A stretch of 63,986 nt of DNA, the filler included, from Barthelona sp. PAP020 (lineage: Eukaryota): the NCBI GenBank assembly GCA_040182905.1. It is 7 parts of 7 records of this genome, joined end to end, with 100 filler letters (N's around TTAATTAATTAA, not from the genome) between each part and the next. Parts side by side here need not be neighbours in the genome. Positions count along the whole stretch, not along the records: positions 9,616 to 19,054 come from JARQWU010000425.1; positions 19,155 to 28,577 come from JARQWU010000426.1; 5 more parts are not named here. The stretch is one strand, 5' to 3'. Position numbers and translations under genes: made by a program. Within the stretch, counting starts at the first letter, position 1. Every line of letters starts with the position of its first letter. The notes under the pieces are model-generated. The model did no database searches, was not told the DNA's origin, and saw nothing but the letters and a program-made list of their open reading frames with translations. Below are positions 10,019 through 19,349 of this stretch, piece after piece.

Positions 10019-10537
10019 TCATGTATTCGGCTCACGTTTCATTTCTGGATTTTTTAATGAACTTCTACTGCTATCTTTAGAATTGGCTTTGATATTAAGA
10101 AGTCGAATATATTGTTGTACATTTGCTGTAATGTTTGCACTAAAATTACCACCATATTTAATGGCATGTGAAGCTCTTGAAACTTGTTCCAAAGGAGTAT
10201 CATCTTCCTCAAGATTACCATCCTTGTCAATTTGAGCTGATAATTCGTTTGTTTCTTCCTCTTCATTATAAATTATATCATACTTCCAGGAAGGGATACG
10301 TTTGACTATTAAATTTGCTCCAACAGGAATTATATCATTTCGTTTATAAACCTTTTGTGTCGATTTTTCAACAAATTCTAAACATACTTTGCCTTGTTTA
10401 CAATTACCAAAAAAAGTAGTCTCCAAAATTTGTTTTTCAATATCTTCGGCGGTAAAATTTTGTCCAATTGAACAATTTAGTTCCTTTTGAGAGTGTAATG
10501 ATCCTTGGAATTGATATCGAATAACTGAGGAACTCAT
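10019..10537 (-). CDS. DWNN ubiquitin-like domain protein (RBBP6/Mpe1 N-terminal domain)
   Basis: MSSSVIRYQF...TAEDIEKQI...TQKVY..NDIIPVGANLIVKRIP follows the DWNN pattern (MSS.I.YRF...DLK.EI...T.EEY....IP..TSVIVKR.P). Confidence 0.7.
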   Translation of the reverse strand: MSSSVIRYQFQGSLHSQKELNCSIGQNFTAEDIEKQILETTFFGNCKQGKVCLEFVEKSTQKVYKRNDIIPVGANLIVKRIPSWKYDIIYNEEEETNELSAQIDKDGNLEEDDTPLEQVSRASHAIKYGGNFSANITANVQQYIRLLNIKANSKDSSRSSLKNPEMKREPNT

Positions 10538-11054
10538 AACTATTGAAAAAAAAAAACGAAATTATTTTGGGTGTATTTTTTTTTTATGGTCTTTGGCCAG
10601 TTAAACATTCCCGAAAAATAATTAACTTGTTTGAGAACCAGTTTTGTGTTTTCAAATGAAATCTTATATCTTTTTCAAAGAATACTGAAAAAAAAGTGTG
10701 TATTTTTCAAAGTAGATTTGACATGAAACATATATTTTGATAAATTACTGTTTTTTTTGACTTTCCCTAATGTTTTTCCTCACTAGCAAAAGGTGATAAG
10801 AAAGTTTGAAGGAAAATCGGGAAATCAGATTGAAAGACAGTATTCACTGCTTGTAAATTGTTAAAATTTTATTTTCAAATTGTTTATTGCGTTGAATGAA
10901 ATGAAGAAAAACGCAGCTTTTTCAATTTGTTGAAAGAGTTTATTTGGAGATATACACACCTCAATTACCATTTGATATGCTATTTTTTGATATTGATTGG
11001 GGGTATAAAAATATTTGAAGACCTGTATCAACAAGTTTTTAATTTTTAATTTAA

Positions 11055-11717
11055 ATGGGATTTTTTGGTAAAAAGCCAAGTTCGGAACCATCTGCTCCAA
11101 AAGAAGATCCTAATGATCCAAAAGTAATTGCCAGAAAATGGAAAAGAGAACTCAAAAGTGAACAAAGGGGAATTGACAGAGACGTCAAGAAAATTGAACG
11201 TGAAATTAAAAAAGTTGAGCTTGAAGTGAAAAAAGCAGCCAAGGGTGGTGATATCACTTCTGCAAAATTATTAGCCAAAGAAATTGTTCGTTCCAGGAAA
11301 CAAATTACCAAGATGCTTATTTCTAAGCAACATTTAGAATCTTTGGAATTGCAAATACAAGAACAAATAGCCAATTTAAGAATTACGGGAGCATTACAAA
11401 GTACTGCTGAAATCATGAGAACTGTTAATAATTTGGTTAAAGTACCGGAAATGCAGCAAGTTATGATGCAAATGACTATGGAGATGGAAAAACAAGGAAT
11501 GTTATCGGAAATGCAAGATGAAATGTTTGAAGATGTCTTTGATGATTCTGATATTGAAGAGGAAGCGGATGAAGAAGTTAATGCTGCCTTGCAAGAAATT
11601 GTTGCTGGAGTTTCTGGTGTTAATATTAGAACTACTGGTGTTACCGCTCAACAAGAAGAAGAAGAAGATTTTGATGTTTCTGATATTCTTCAAAAAGCTG
11701 AAGCTCTTGGATTGTAA
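11055..11717 (+). CDS. VPS24: ESCRT-III subunit VPS24/CHMP3
   Basis: DPK..ARKWKRELKSEQRGIDR, VKKAAKGGD..SAKLLAKEIVRSRK, LRITGALQSTAEIM..VNNLVKVPE and EEEADEEV are diagnostic. Confidence 0.92.
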   Translation: MGFFGKKPSSEPSAPKEDPNDPKVIARKWKRELKSEQRGIDRDVKKIEREIKKVELEVKKAAKGGDITSAKLLAKEIVRSRKQITKMLISKQHLESLELQIQEQIANLRITGALQSTAEIMRTVNNLVKVPEMQQVMMQMTMEMEKQGMLSEMQDEMFEDVFDDSDIEEEADEEVNAALQEIVAGVSGVNIRTTGVTAQQEEEEDFDVSDILQKAEALGL

Positions 11718-11782
11718 ATGCAAATTCTTTTTTTCATTTTTGTCCATTTTTTTTTTTTTGAAATATATATTCCTGTATCGAG

Positions 11783-12232
11783 ATGGATTCGACAACTGAT
11801 GAAGCACAAAAAGTGAGTGTAGTAATTGGCTCATCATTATTTCTTCAAATGACTATTTTTTTTGGAAAATGGTTTGATTTTTTATATTTTATTGTATTGT
11901 TTTTAAGCTGGATTTTTAAAACTACAAATCTTCCTTATCCTGCAGGATCAAACACTTTTGAATTCATATTTATTTTGTTATACATTTGTATTGAAATAGG
12001 AAGATATTATTTGTGTAGTATGGGCAATAAAACAGAACAACCATCAGCGTTAGGATGGTCATTTTTAATTTTAGGCTTCGCTGTATTTGCCAATTTCTAT
12101 TTTTCCTCTTTGCAAATATTTGTTTTGAGAATTGATTCGATTATTTGCACATCAATGTATGTTTTTCAATGTCTTCATTTAGTTTTTGGACTTTTAGCTT
12201 TTGTCAGTTTTCGTAGACATTCATATGTATAG
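11783..12232 (+). CDS. Ciliary transition-zone protein, TMEM216/TMEM17 family
   Basis: SSLFLQM, LPYP, IEIGRYYL.SMGNKTEQ; four hydrophobic helices. Confidence 0.8.
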   Translation: MDSTTDEAQKVSVVIGSSLFLQMTIFFGKWFDFLYFIVLFLSWIFKTTNLPYPAGSNTFEFIFILLYICIEIGRYYLCSMGNKTEQPSALGWSFLILGFAVFANFYFSSLQIFVLRIDSIICTSMYVFQCLHLVFGLLAFVSFRRHSYV

Positions 12233-12600
12233 TTTTTCTTTTAAAAGTGTTTTAATTTTATTCTATTTTTTGTAAGCACAAAAATCTGTGATGTGTTTTA
12301 TTTTTAAAGTTCTTTAGGTATATAAAAATTCTATTTCTGTGTCTTTTTTATTATTCTTTCATTATTATTAAATATAATCATTGAGAGTCACAAAATTTTT
12401 GTTAATAAAATTGAAAAATGCATTTTTCATTTATGAATAACTTTTCTGATCATTGACATGAGTATAAGCCATAATAAGAATTATATAAAACAAAATTATA
12501 TTCTAATTATTCAGTTTCTAGTTGAAGAATGGTTTCATAAGCCATCATCCTAATCAAAGAAAGATTTTTTCTTTTTGCCATTGAAATTCATTGATTGATA

Positions 12601-15600
12601 ATGACAAATATAGAATCAATTGAAGTTATTGGAACGAAAGAAGAGAATTTGGAAGAACTACAAAAAATACCAACAGATACGAATGATAATGACAAGATAA
12701 AAGATACAACGACAGAAAAAGATTCATTATTTCCCAAAGCAAAAGATTCATCTTATGGATGGAGACATTTATGCTACAAATTGGTGAATTTGACAATATT
12801 CGAAATAGCGATACAAACTGTAATTATTTTAAACATTGTTTCTGTTATTTTACCCTTAAATAGTGATTCTTTTGATGACACAAACATATTTTTTAGGATA
12901 GTCAATTATTTTGTGGATGTATGTTTTACATTTGAAGCAATTTTTAAGATATTAGGTATGGGTTTTACTGGTCCTGAAAATTATTTTTCTGATAATATGA
13001 ATATTATGGATTTCCTAATAGTACTTGCTGTATTGGTTGTATATTTGCCCTTTGTGTATGTTGATATTTCCACTATTTCTATGTTAAGAGTTATTCGTTT
13101 GTTTCGTATCTTTACGCATGTTAGTAGTGTCAAACGGTTATTAAGACAGTTGATGCATGCTACTGAGTTGATAGCAGACACTTTCTTTTTACTTGGCTTT
13201 ATATTTACAATTATTGCTATTGCTGCTTTGCATTTGTTTTCTGGTACATTTCATTATCGGTGTGTGACTGACCAATTTATCCTTGATCATTTCAATACCG
13301 TCGAAAACGTATCATATACCAGTTTGGCAAATAATTTTAGTTCTTGTCATGTTGATTCAGATTGTTCCATTGGTTCCAAATGTATGAAAGTGGGAACAAA
13401 TCCAAATTCTGACACAACATCCTTTGATGACATTGGACATTCAATTGTTACAGTGTTTCAAATAGTCAGTTTGGAGGGTTGGTCTCCAATAATGAATCAA
13501 ATGAAGCAAAGTGCTTCAGACACAATGGTGGAAATTTTCTTTTATGTTGTTATAGTGTTTTGTAGTTTTGTAATGGTGAATATGTTTGTTGGTGCGATTT
13601 CAGATTCATTTGCAACGGTTACAGAGGATGATTCAGAGGATTTTGTCAATAAATTGGTTGAGCTGTTGACACCACAACGTTTGTTTAATCTTCAAGTACT
13701 TGGAATTGATATCAGAGAAGAATCTCATGACTTAGAACGAAGTTTGTCAGATATCTCTGAAGTTTCAACTATTCATGAGAGTCATATTGATTCTATATCT
13801 GGAGATACCAAACAGATTTTATCACGTTCAAAATTGAGTAAAAGTTCTCATTTATTTGATATTAATAGCGACAGGTATGATGCAGTGAATCCTATTACTG
13901 TTTACAATGATCAGCTTACAAAGTCTTTGCCAAAACAATCACACAAATTGCTTGCTCTATTACGACAACAGTATCCATCAGTTGATACAATCAATATTTC
14001 GCAATTTGTTCCCCCTAAACGAAGCCGATCCATTTTTTCAAGGTTCAGATTTGCCTGTTATGAAATTTGCATTGCTACTTGGTTTGACACCATTGTTTTA
14101 GTCTTTATTTTTCTAAATTTATTTATCTTATGCACATCACATGAAGGTATGGGTGAATCTTTTCGTGTTTTCATAGATGTCACCAATCAATTTTTCAATT
14201 GTTTTTATATTTTTGAAATGGTGTTAAAACATATTGGTTTTGGGTTTATTCAGTATTGGACGGATGGCTGGAATATTTTGGATGGTATTACAACGATTAC
14301 TGGCATATTTGAAATCCTTTTCATGGAAAGTTCAGTTATCACTTCCATTCGTGCTTTGCGGGCATTCAGAGTTTTACGTTTGTTGAGAACTTCTGAATCT
14401 ATTCAAACCCTTGTTCATACATTGATGCTTTCTTTACAAGATCTGATATCCTTTATCATTTTGTTTGTTTTTATTGTATTTATTTTTGCTTGTTTTGGTT
14501 TGATTTATTTTAGACCACCAATTGGAACAAATGCTGAGAATGTTGGTCTTTCCTTCAGTTCAATTATTGATGCTATGTTGATTATCTTTGCTATTTTTAC
14601 AGGAGAAAATTGGAACGATTATATGGTTATGAATGTTGAAAATGCAGGAGAAAACATGGGGATATTATTCACCATGTTGGCGTATGTAGTTGGTAATTGG
14701 GTTTTGGTAAATGTTTTAGTCACGATGGTCATTAATCGCTTTGCAACTGAAAGACGTGAGGCCTATGTAAAAAAAATAGTCTTACAATATTTGAATACTG
14801 ATGTTGATTCAATAACAGATCCTGCAACGGGTTTAAAATTGGAATTACAATTTCAAGAAGAATTTCATAAAGATGTGCAAAATACAATGTTACAAATTCA
14901 GATGCATGAACCAGACTCTGCAGATCAACATTCAAATTATGCTGCTAGAATAATTACTTATATAGATAAAGATGTATCTTCTGGAATAGCAAGACGTGAT
15001 TCATTCTTTGTTTGGGAAAGAGAAGGGCAATTGAAAAAACTTAATATGTTTCAAGTTGATAATGTTGACAGTATCATATCTTCAGCTTTCTCCACTCCTA
15101 ATAATAGCACAGCTTCTTTGCATTTGAATAAGCATGAATATCCAAAATACACGGGCAATGAGGAGTTTGTTCCATTTAGTATAGATACTAATAGTAACCT
15201 TTCAGTGCCTCTATTAAGTGATAATAATTGTTCTCGTGAGGCCACTCCTTTAAGTCAAGAGTTTTCCGAGATGATTAATAGATTGAGGGATGAATCCAGT
15301 TCTGACAGTAGTGATAATTTAATTACAAATATTTCCACACTTAATCATCATTCTGATAATGACAATCTTGATTCAACCAGTCAATTTTTGGATGAGTTGA
15401 ATGACGAGAGAGAAGATGAGAATTCTCCAAATGAACCCGAATTCCAAGCATCTGGCAATGCACATGAACTTTCACACTTGAACAAGTCATTAAATATTGT
15501 GGATGAGGAGAGTAATTTAAGTGATTATTCTGATGATTTAGGAGATGGTTATGTTAGTGATTGCAGTGACAGAGAAAATGATGATGAAACCATAGCTGAA

Positions 15601-18093
15601 ATAATAACTCAAACACCTGATACCAGCAGGATTGATGTTCATGAGAATTTAAATTTTCTTGATAAAGTTGTGAATTGTGAAAGTTCTGATGAAGAAATTG
15701 GTCAAAATGAATATCATTGTGTGAATAGTGGTCAAGATTCCTCCAGACCAAATACTGCCACCTCGAAAACAAGGTTTTCTGGGATCGAAAATGAAAAAGA
15801 TGAAAGTAAGAAGGTGAGTTTATTTGAAATTATTATTATACTTGTGGTCCTTTTTAATTGTGGTATTATAATCGTTGATGCACAATATGAGAATGAACAA
15901 TCATTCGGAATAGATCATACTGGCAGTAAGAATGTTTTGTATTGGTTAGATAATGTTTGTTTAATTATTTTCGTTTTTGAAATGTTTTATAAGATGAAAT
16001 TGTATGGAATCAAGGGTTATTTTTTTGATAGTTGGAATTTTTTTGATTTTATCATTGTTGTTGTGTCTATTCCTTCTGCTTTACCCAATTTTGAATTTGG
16101 GTTTATTCGAACTTTTCGTGTTTTGAGGACTTTGAAAACATTGAGGGTATTGAGTGTTTTTAAGTCGTTAAGACTTGTTACAACAGCTATGATCAGTTCA
16201 TTCAGTGTTATTGTTCAAATGTCCTTAATAATTTTATTTATTATGGTAATTTTTGCGTTATTAGGAATGACATTCTTTCAAGGACACTTTTATACATGTT
16301 CTGATGAGACAATAATCACAATGGACAAATGTGTGGGAAGCTTTTTCAATAACAAGACGAACTTAACAGAAAATCGAACAATTATTGATCCAGCCATACA
16401 TATGTCCTTTGATAATTTTGGTCGTGCTTTAGTAACATTGTTTGGAATGCTTACATTGGAAGCTTGGCCTGATCTATTAACTTCAGGTGTATTTACATCT
16501 ACAGAAGCTGGAGTGACGTTATTTAGTGAGTCGAGAAGGTATGTTTCTGTATATTTTATTGCATATGTTTTGATCTGTTCATTTTTATTGTTAAATATGT
16601 TTGTTGGAGTAGTGGTTGATTCTTTTAGTTTGATAATGGCAAAGACAAAAGGACAATTATTGTTTAATGAAAATCAAAAAAGTTTCATTCAAAATATTGA
16701 ATATTTCGTTAAAAAAGCCAAACCTATTCAAATTAAACGTAGGGATGATTCTAACAAAGTTTTCTTTGCTATAAAGACTTTTTTAGAGTCTAAAATATTA
16801 GATTTTTTCATAATGTTTTGCGTTATTGGCAATGCTTTTGTATTAATGTTACATGTAGATAAGATTGATCCTGATTTAGACAGTATTTTAGGCAGATTTA
16901 ATCTTGGATTTTCAATTTTATTTATTTTTGAGAGTGCTTTTAAAATGATTTTCTTTGGGCTGACTGTTTTTTTCGCAAATTATTGGAATGCTTTTGATTT
17001 CTTCTTAGTTTTAGTGAGTTTACCGGATATTTTCTTTCAAGACCTTAATTTACCATTGAATGTGTTTAGAGTTTTGAGGTTGATGAGGGTTTTAAGATTA
17101 TTTAAACTTTCAAAGTCAATTGAAGGAATTCGAAAAGTTTTCAATAGTTTTGTTAAGTCTATTCCATCTTTAGGAAACATTTGTGTGTTGATATTGTTGT
17201 TTTTAATTACCTATAGTGCTATTGCTATGGTTTTATTTGGTAAAATAAGTTATGGAGAGAATATTACAGAGTTAGAGAACTTTCAAACTTTTAGAAACGC
17301 CTTAGCATTAACTTTCAAGATATTGACTTTGGAAAATTGGCAAGGTATTATGCTGGAATGTCAAAGTGTCAGCACTTTTGGTGCTATATTGTATTTCATC
17401 ACTTTTATATTGATTGGGAATTTTATTATACTTTCTTATCTAATTGGTATTGTTATTGAAGCTTTCAGTACTTCTCATGAGAATGTGATTAATGTAGATA
17501 TTGATGTTATTCATGTCTATGAAAAGGTTTGGGCAGAACATGATCCTGAGGGCACAGGAAAACTGCATTTTTTGAATGCTGTAAACATATATAGAAGTTT
17601 GCCAAGACCTTTAGGAAATGAAGGTGTAAGTTTTCGACAAGCTTATTCGGAGTTAATTGCCATAAAGAATGATTGGAGTTTCAACAAGAAAAAGACAACC
17701 CATTTGGTATTTTCTTTGTCAATTCCTTTGGTTGAAAAGAACAAAATTGAATTTTATACATTTTTCCTTGGATTATTGGCAAGATGCTATAATTTGCCAT
17801 TACCTAGTCCTTTATCGAGAGATTTTTATGGACAGTTTGTTGGGTTAAAGAATATGGTAACCAAAGATTTAAATATATGCTCTGCCACATTGACTGATCT
17901 TTTGTTACTTCAGCAAACATCTTTGGCATTGAAATATCATAGTTTCAGAATGAATCCTAATTTGTTTATTAACACTGGTTTTCAGAATGTTTCTTCAGAT
18001 TTCAATTTTTTTCATTCAATAAAGAGGAATCGAACTGTTTCTCGTATCATTCCTTCTAATGATGTGAATGAAACAGAGGAAGAAAAAAGGTGA
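12601..18093 (+). CDS. Four-domain voltage-gated cation channel alpha subunit, Cav-type (EEEE filter)
   Basis: Four 6-TM repeats with S4 (R-x-x)n motifs; pore loops SLEGW, TGENW, TLEAW, TLENW; C-terminal VWAEHDPEGTG EF-like segment. Confidence 0.93.
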   Translation: MTNIESIEVIGTKEENLEELQKIPTDTNDNDKIKDTTTEKDSLFPKAKDSSYGWRHLCYKLVNLTIFEIAIQTVIILNIVSVILPLNSDSFDDTNIFFRIVNYFVDVCFTFEAIFKILGMGFTGPENYFSDNMNIMDFLIVLAVLVVYLPFVYVDISTISMLRVIRLFRIFTHVSSVKRLLRQLMHATELIADTFFLLGFIFTIIAIAALHLFSGTFHYRCVTDQFILDHFNTVENVSYTSLANNFSSCHVDSDCSIGSKCMKVGTNPNSDTTSFDDIGHSIVTVFQIVSLEGWSPIMNQMKQSASDTMVEIFFYVVIVFCSFVMVNMFVGAISDSFATVTEDDSEDFVNKLVELLTPQRLFNLQVLGIDIREESHDLERSLSDISEVSTIHESHIDSISGDTKQILSRSKLSKSSHLFDINSDRYDAVNPITVYNDQLTKSLPKQSHKLLALLRQQYPSVDTINISQFVPPKRSRSIFSRFRFACYEICIATWFDTIVLVFIFLNLFILCTSHEGMGESFRVFIDVTNQFFNCFYIFEMVLKHIGFGFIQYWTDGWNILDGITTITGIFEILFMESSVITSIRALRAFRVLRLLRTSESIQTLVHTLMLSLQDLISFIILFVFIVFIFACFGLIYFRPPIGTNAENVGLSFSSIIDAMLIIFAIFTGENWNDYMVMNVENAGENMGILFTMLAYVVGNWVLVNVLVTMVINRFATERREAYVKKIVLQYLNTDVDSITDPATGLKLELQFQEEFHKDVQNTMLQIQMHEPDSADQHSNYAARIITYIDKDVSSGIARRDSFFVWEREGQLKKLNMFQVDNVDSIISSAFSTPNNSTASLHLNKHEYPKYTGNEEFVPFSIDTNSNLSVPLLSDNNCSREATPLSQEFSEMINRLRDESSSDSSDNLITNISTLNHHSDNDNLDSTSQFLDELNDEREDENSPNEPEFQASGNAHELSHLNKSLNIVDEESNLSDYSDDLGDGYVSDCSDRENDDETIAEIITQTPDTSRIDVHENLNFLDKVVNCESSDEEIGQNEYHCVNSGQDSSRPNTATSKTRFSGIENEKDESKKVSLFEIIIILVVLFNCGIIIVDAQYENEQSFGIDHTGSKNVLYWLDNVCLIIFVFEMFYKMKLYGIKGYFFDSWNFFDFIIVVVSIPSALPNFEFGFIRTFRVLRTLKTLRVLSVFKSLRLVTTAMISSFSVIVQMSLIILFIMVIFALLGMTFFQGHFYTCSDETIITMDKCVGSFFNNKTNLTENRTIIDPAIHMSFDNFGRALVTLFGMLTLEAWPDLLTSGVFTSTEAGVTLFSESRRYVSVYFIAYVLICSFLLLNMFVGVVVDSFSLIMAKTKGQLLFNENQKSFIQNIEYFVKKAKPIQIKRRDDSNKVFFAIKTFLESKILDFFIMFCVIGNAFVLMLHVDKIDPDLDSILGRFNLGFSILFIFESAFKMIFFGLTVFFANYWNAFDFFLVLVSLPDIFFQDLNLPLNVFRVLRLMRVLRLFKLSKSIEGIRKVFNSFVKSIPSLGNICVLILLFLITYSAIAMVLFGKISYGENITELENFQTFRNALALTFKILTLENWQGIMLECQSVSTFGAILYFITFILIGNFIILSYLIGIVIEAFSTSHENVINVDIDVIHVYEKVWAEHDPEGTGKLHFLNAVNIYRSLPRPLGNEGVSFRQAYSELIAIKNDWSFNKKKTTHLVFSLSIPLVEKNKIEFYTFFLGLLARCYNLPLPSPLSRDFYGQFVGLKNMVTKDLNICSATLTDLLLLQQTSLALKYHSFRMNPNLFINTGFQNVSSDFNFFHSIKRNRTVSRIIPSNDVNETEEEKR

Positions 18094-18303
18094 AAATAAG
18101 TCAATCAACGATTTTGCTTGACTTTTTCAAATTAGTCTTCACACTTTTTATGTTTGTTTATGTAACTTTCAATTCATATAAATATTTTTTTAAATTTTCT
18201 TTTTCTTTTTGTTGTTGACCAGGAATTTCCTCAAATTTGCTGAAAAGAATGATTAGTTATTGAAAACCTCAGTTTTTAAAGAAAAAAAGGAACACTTTAT
18301 TGA

Positions 18304-18888
18304 TTACAGGGGAAATTCATCACTGGATTTAATTTTCAATGAAGGTATTTCCTTTAATATTTCTTGTGTTGTTATTCCTTGTCCTTTAATTACTTTTCCA
18401 CTAAAAGAACCATCATAAATGAAGTTTATTCCACAACTAGGTGATCTTTCGGTATGAATACAATAATCCAAAGAATTTTTCACCTTTTTTAACGTATTAG
18501 CTGCAATTTTCCCACCCTTTTCAAAATATTCAGTGACATTTTGTTGATTTTTATTCAAAATGATATTAGAATCTAATTGAATTTCAGAAGGAATTCTTGG
18601 AGTACTCATGGATCCTAAATGCTCACCACAATAACAAATAATATCAATCCCTGCTTCAATTAATTCAAGCAAATGTTCTTTAACATATTCGCTTTTTGGA
18701 TGAGGTGTTCCATTGTAACGACAACTAAAACCAGCTAAGCATGATGAACAACCAATTATAGTACTATTAAATGAAATATCTTCAATATCAACGTGTTTTT
18801 TCAAATCTATGGTTTCACAATTCACATGTTGAATTTCCTGCAATTCTATTTCACATAATTTTCCATCTTCTCTTAAATTATAGAGCAT
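18304..18888 (-). CDS. DUF523 / 2-thiouracil desulfurase (TudS)-family protein
   Basis: SSCLAG..CRYNG, CGE.LG.M.TPR, ERSPSCG..IYDGSFSG..IKGQGIT are DUF523 motifs. Confidence 0.85.
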   Translation of the reverse strand: MLYNLREDGKLCEIELQEIQHVNCETIDLKKHVDIEDISFNSTIIGCSSCLAGFSCRYNGTPHPKSEYVKEHLLELIEAGIDIICYCGEHLGSMSTPRIPSEIQLDSNIILNKNQQNVTEYFEKGGKIAANTLKKVKNSLDYCIHTERSPSCGINFIYDGSFSGKVIKGQGITTQEILKEIPSLKIKSSDEFPL

Positions 18889-19054
18889 CTTTCATCAAAA
18901 AAATAGATTTTGAAAAATGAATTGTAAAAGAAACTAAACTTCACTGGTAAACCTTAAATTGAGCAGATGCATTCACAAATAAGAAAAATCCGACACATAT
19001 TTACAATTAAAATATCTCTTATAAAGCATCTCCTTCAAAATACTTATCACCAAA

Positions 19055-19154
19055 NNNNNNNNNNNNNNNNNNNNNNNNNNNNNNNNNNNNNNNNNNNNTT
19101 AATTAATTAANNNNNNNNNNNNNNNNNNNNNNNNNNNNNNNNNNNNNNNNNNNN
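19055..19154. other. Artificial contig spacer
   Basis: 100-nt N/TTAATTAATTAA linker. Confidence 0.97.
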
Positions 19155-19297
19155 GATTTTGACTGAAATTTGCTAGAATGAGTTTTCTGAGTTTACTTTC
19201 TTTGTAAATAAATATAGTTGTTTCACAACTGGACCAATATTTCACAACTTGACCAATTATTCACTCATATGCACTGTGCTTCTTGGCTTGGAAATAA
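19155..19297. mobile_element. Family R1 composite: inverted 5' part (19155-19237) joined to a forward 3' tail (about 19240-19297)
   Basis: Reverse complement of the R1 start, then TTCACAACTTGACCAAT-TATTCACTCATATGCACTGTGCTTCTTGGCTTGGAAATAA. Confidence 0.8.
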
Positions 19298-19349
19298 ATA
19301 GCACTTTCACAAAAAAAAAAAAAAAAATAAAATAAAATTTATAATTTCT

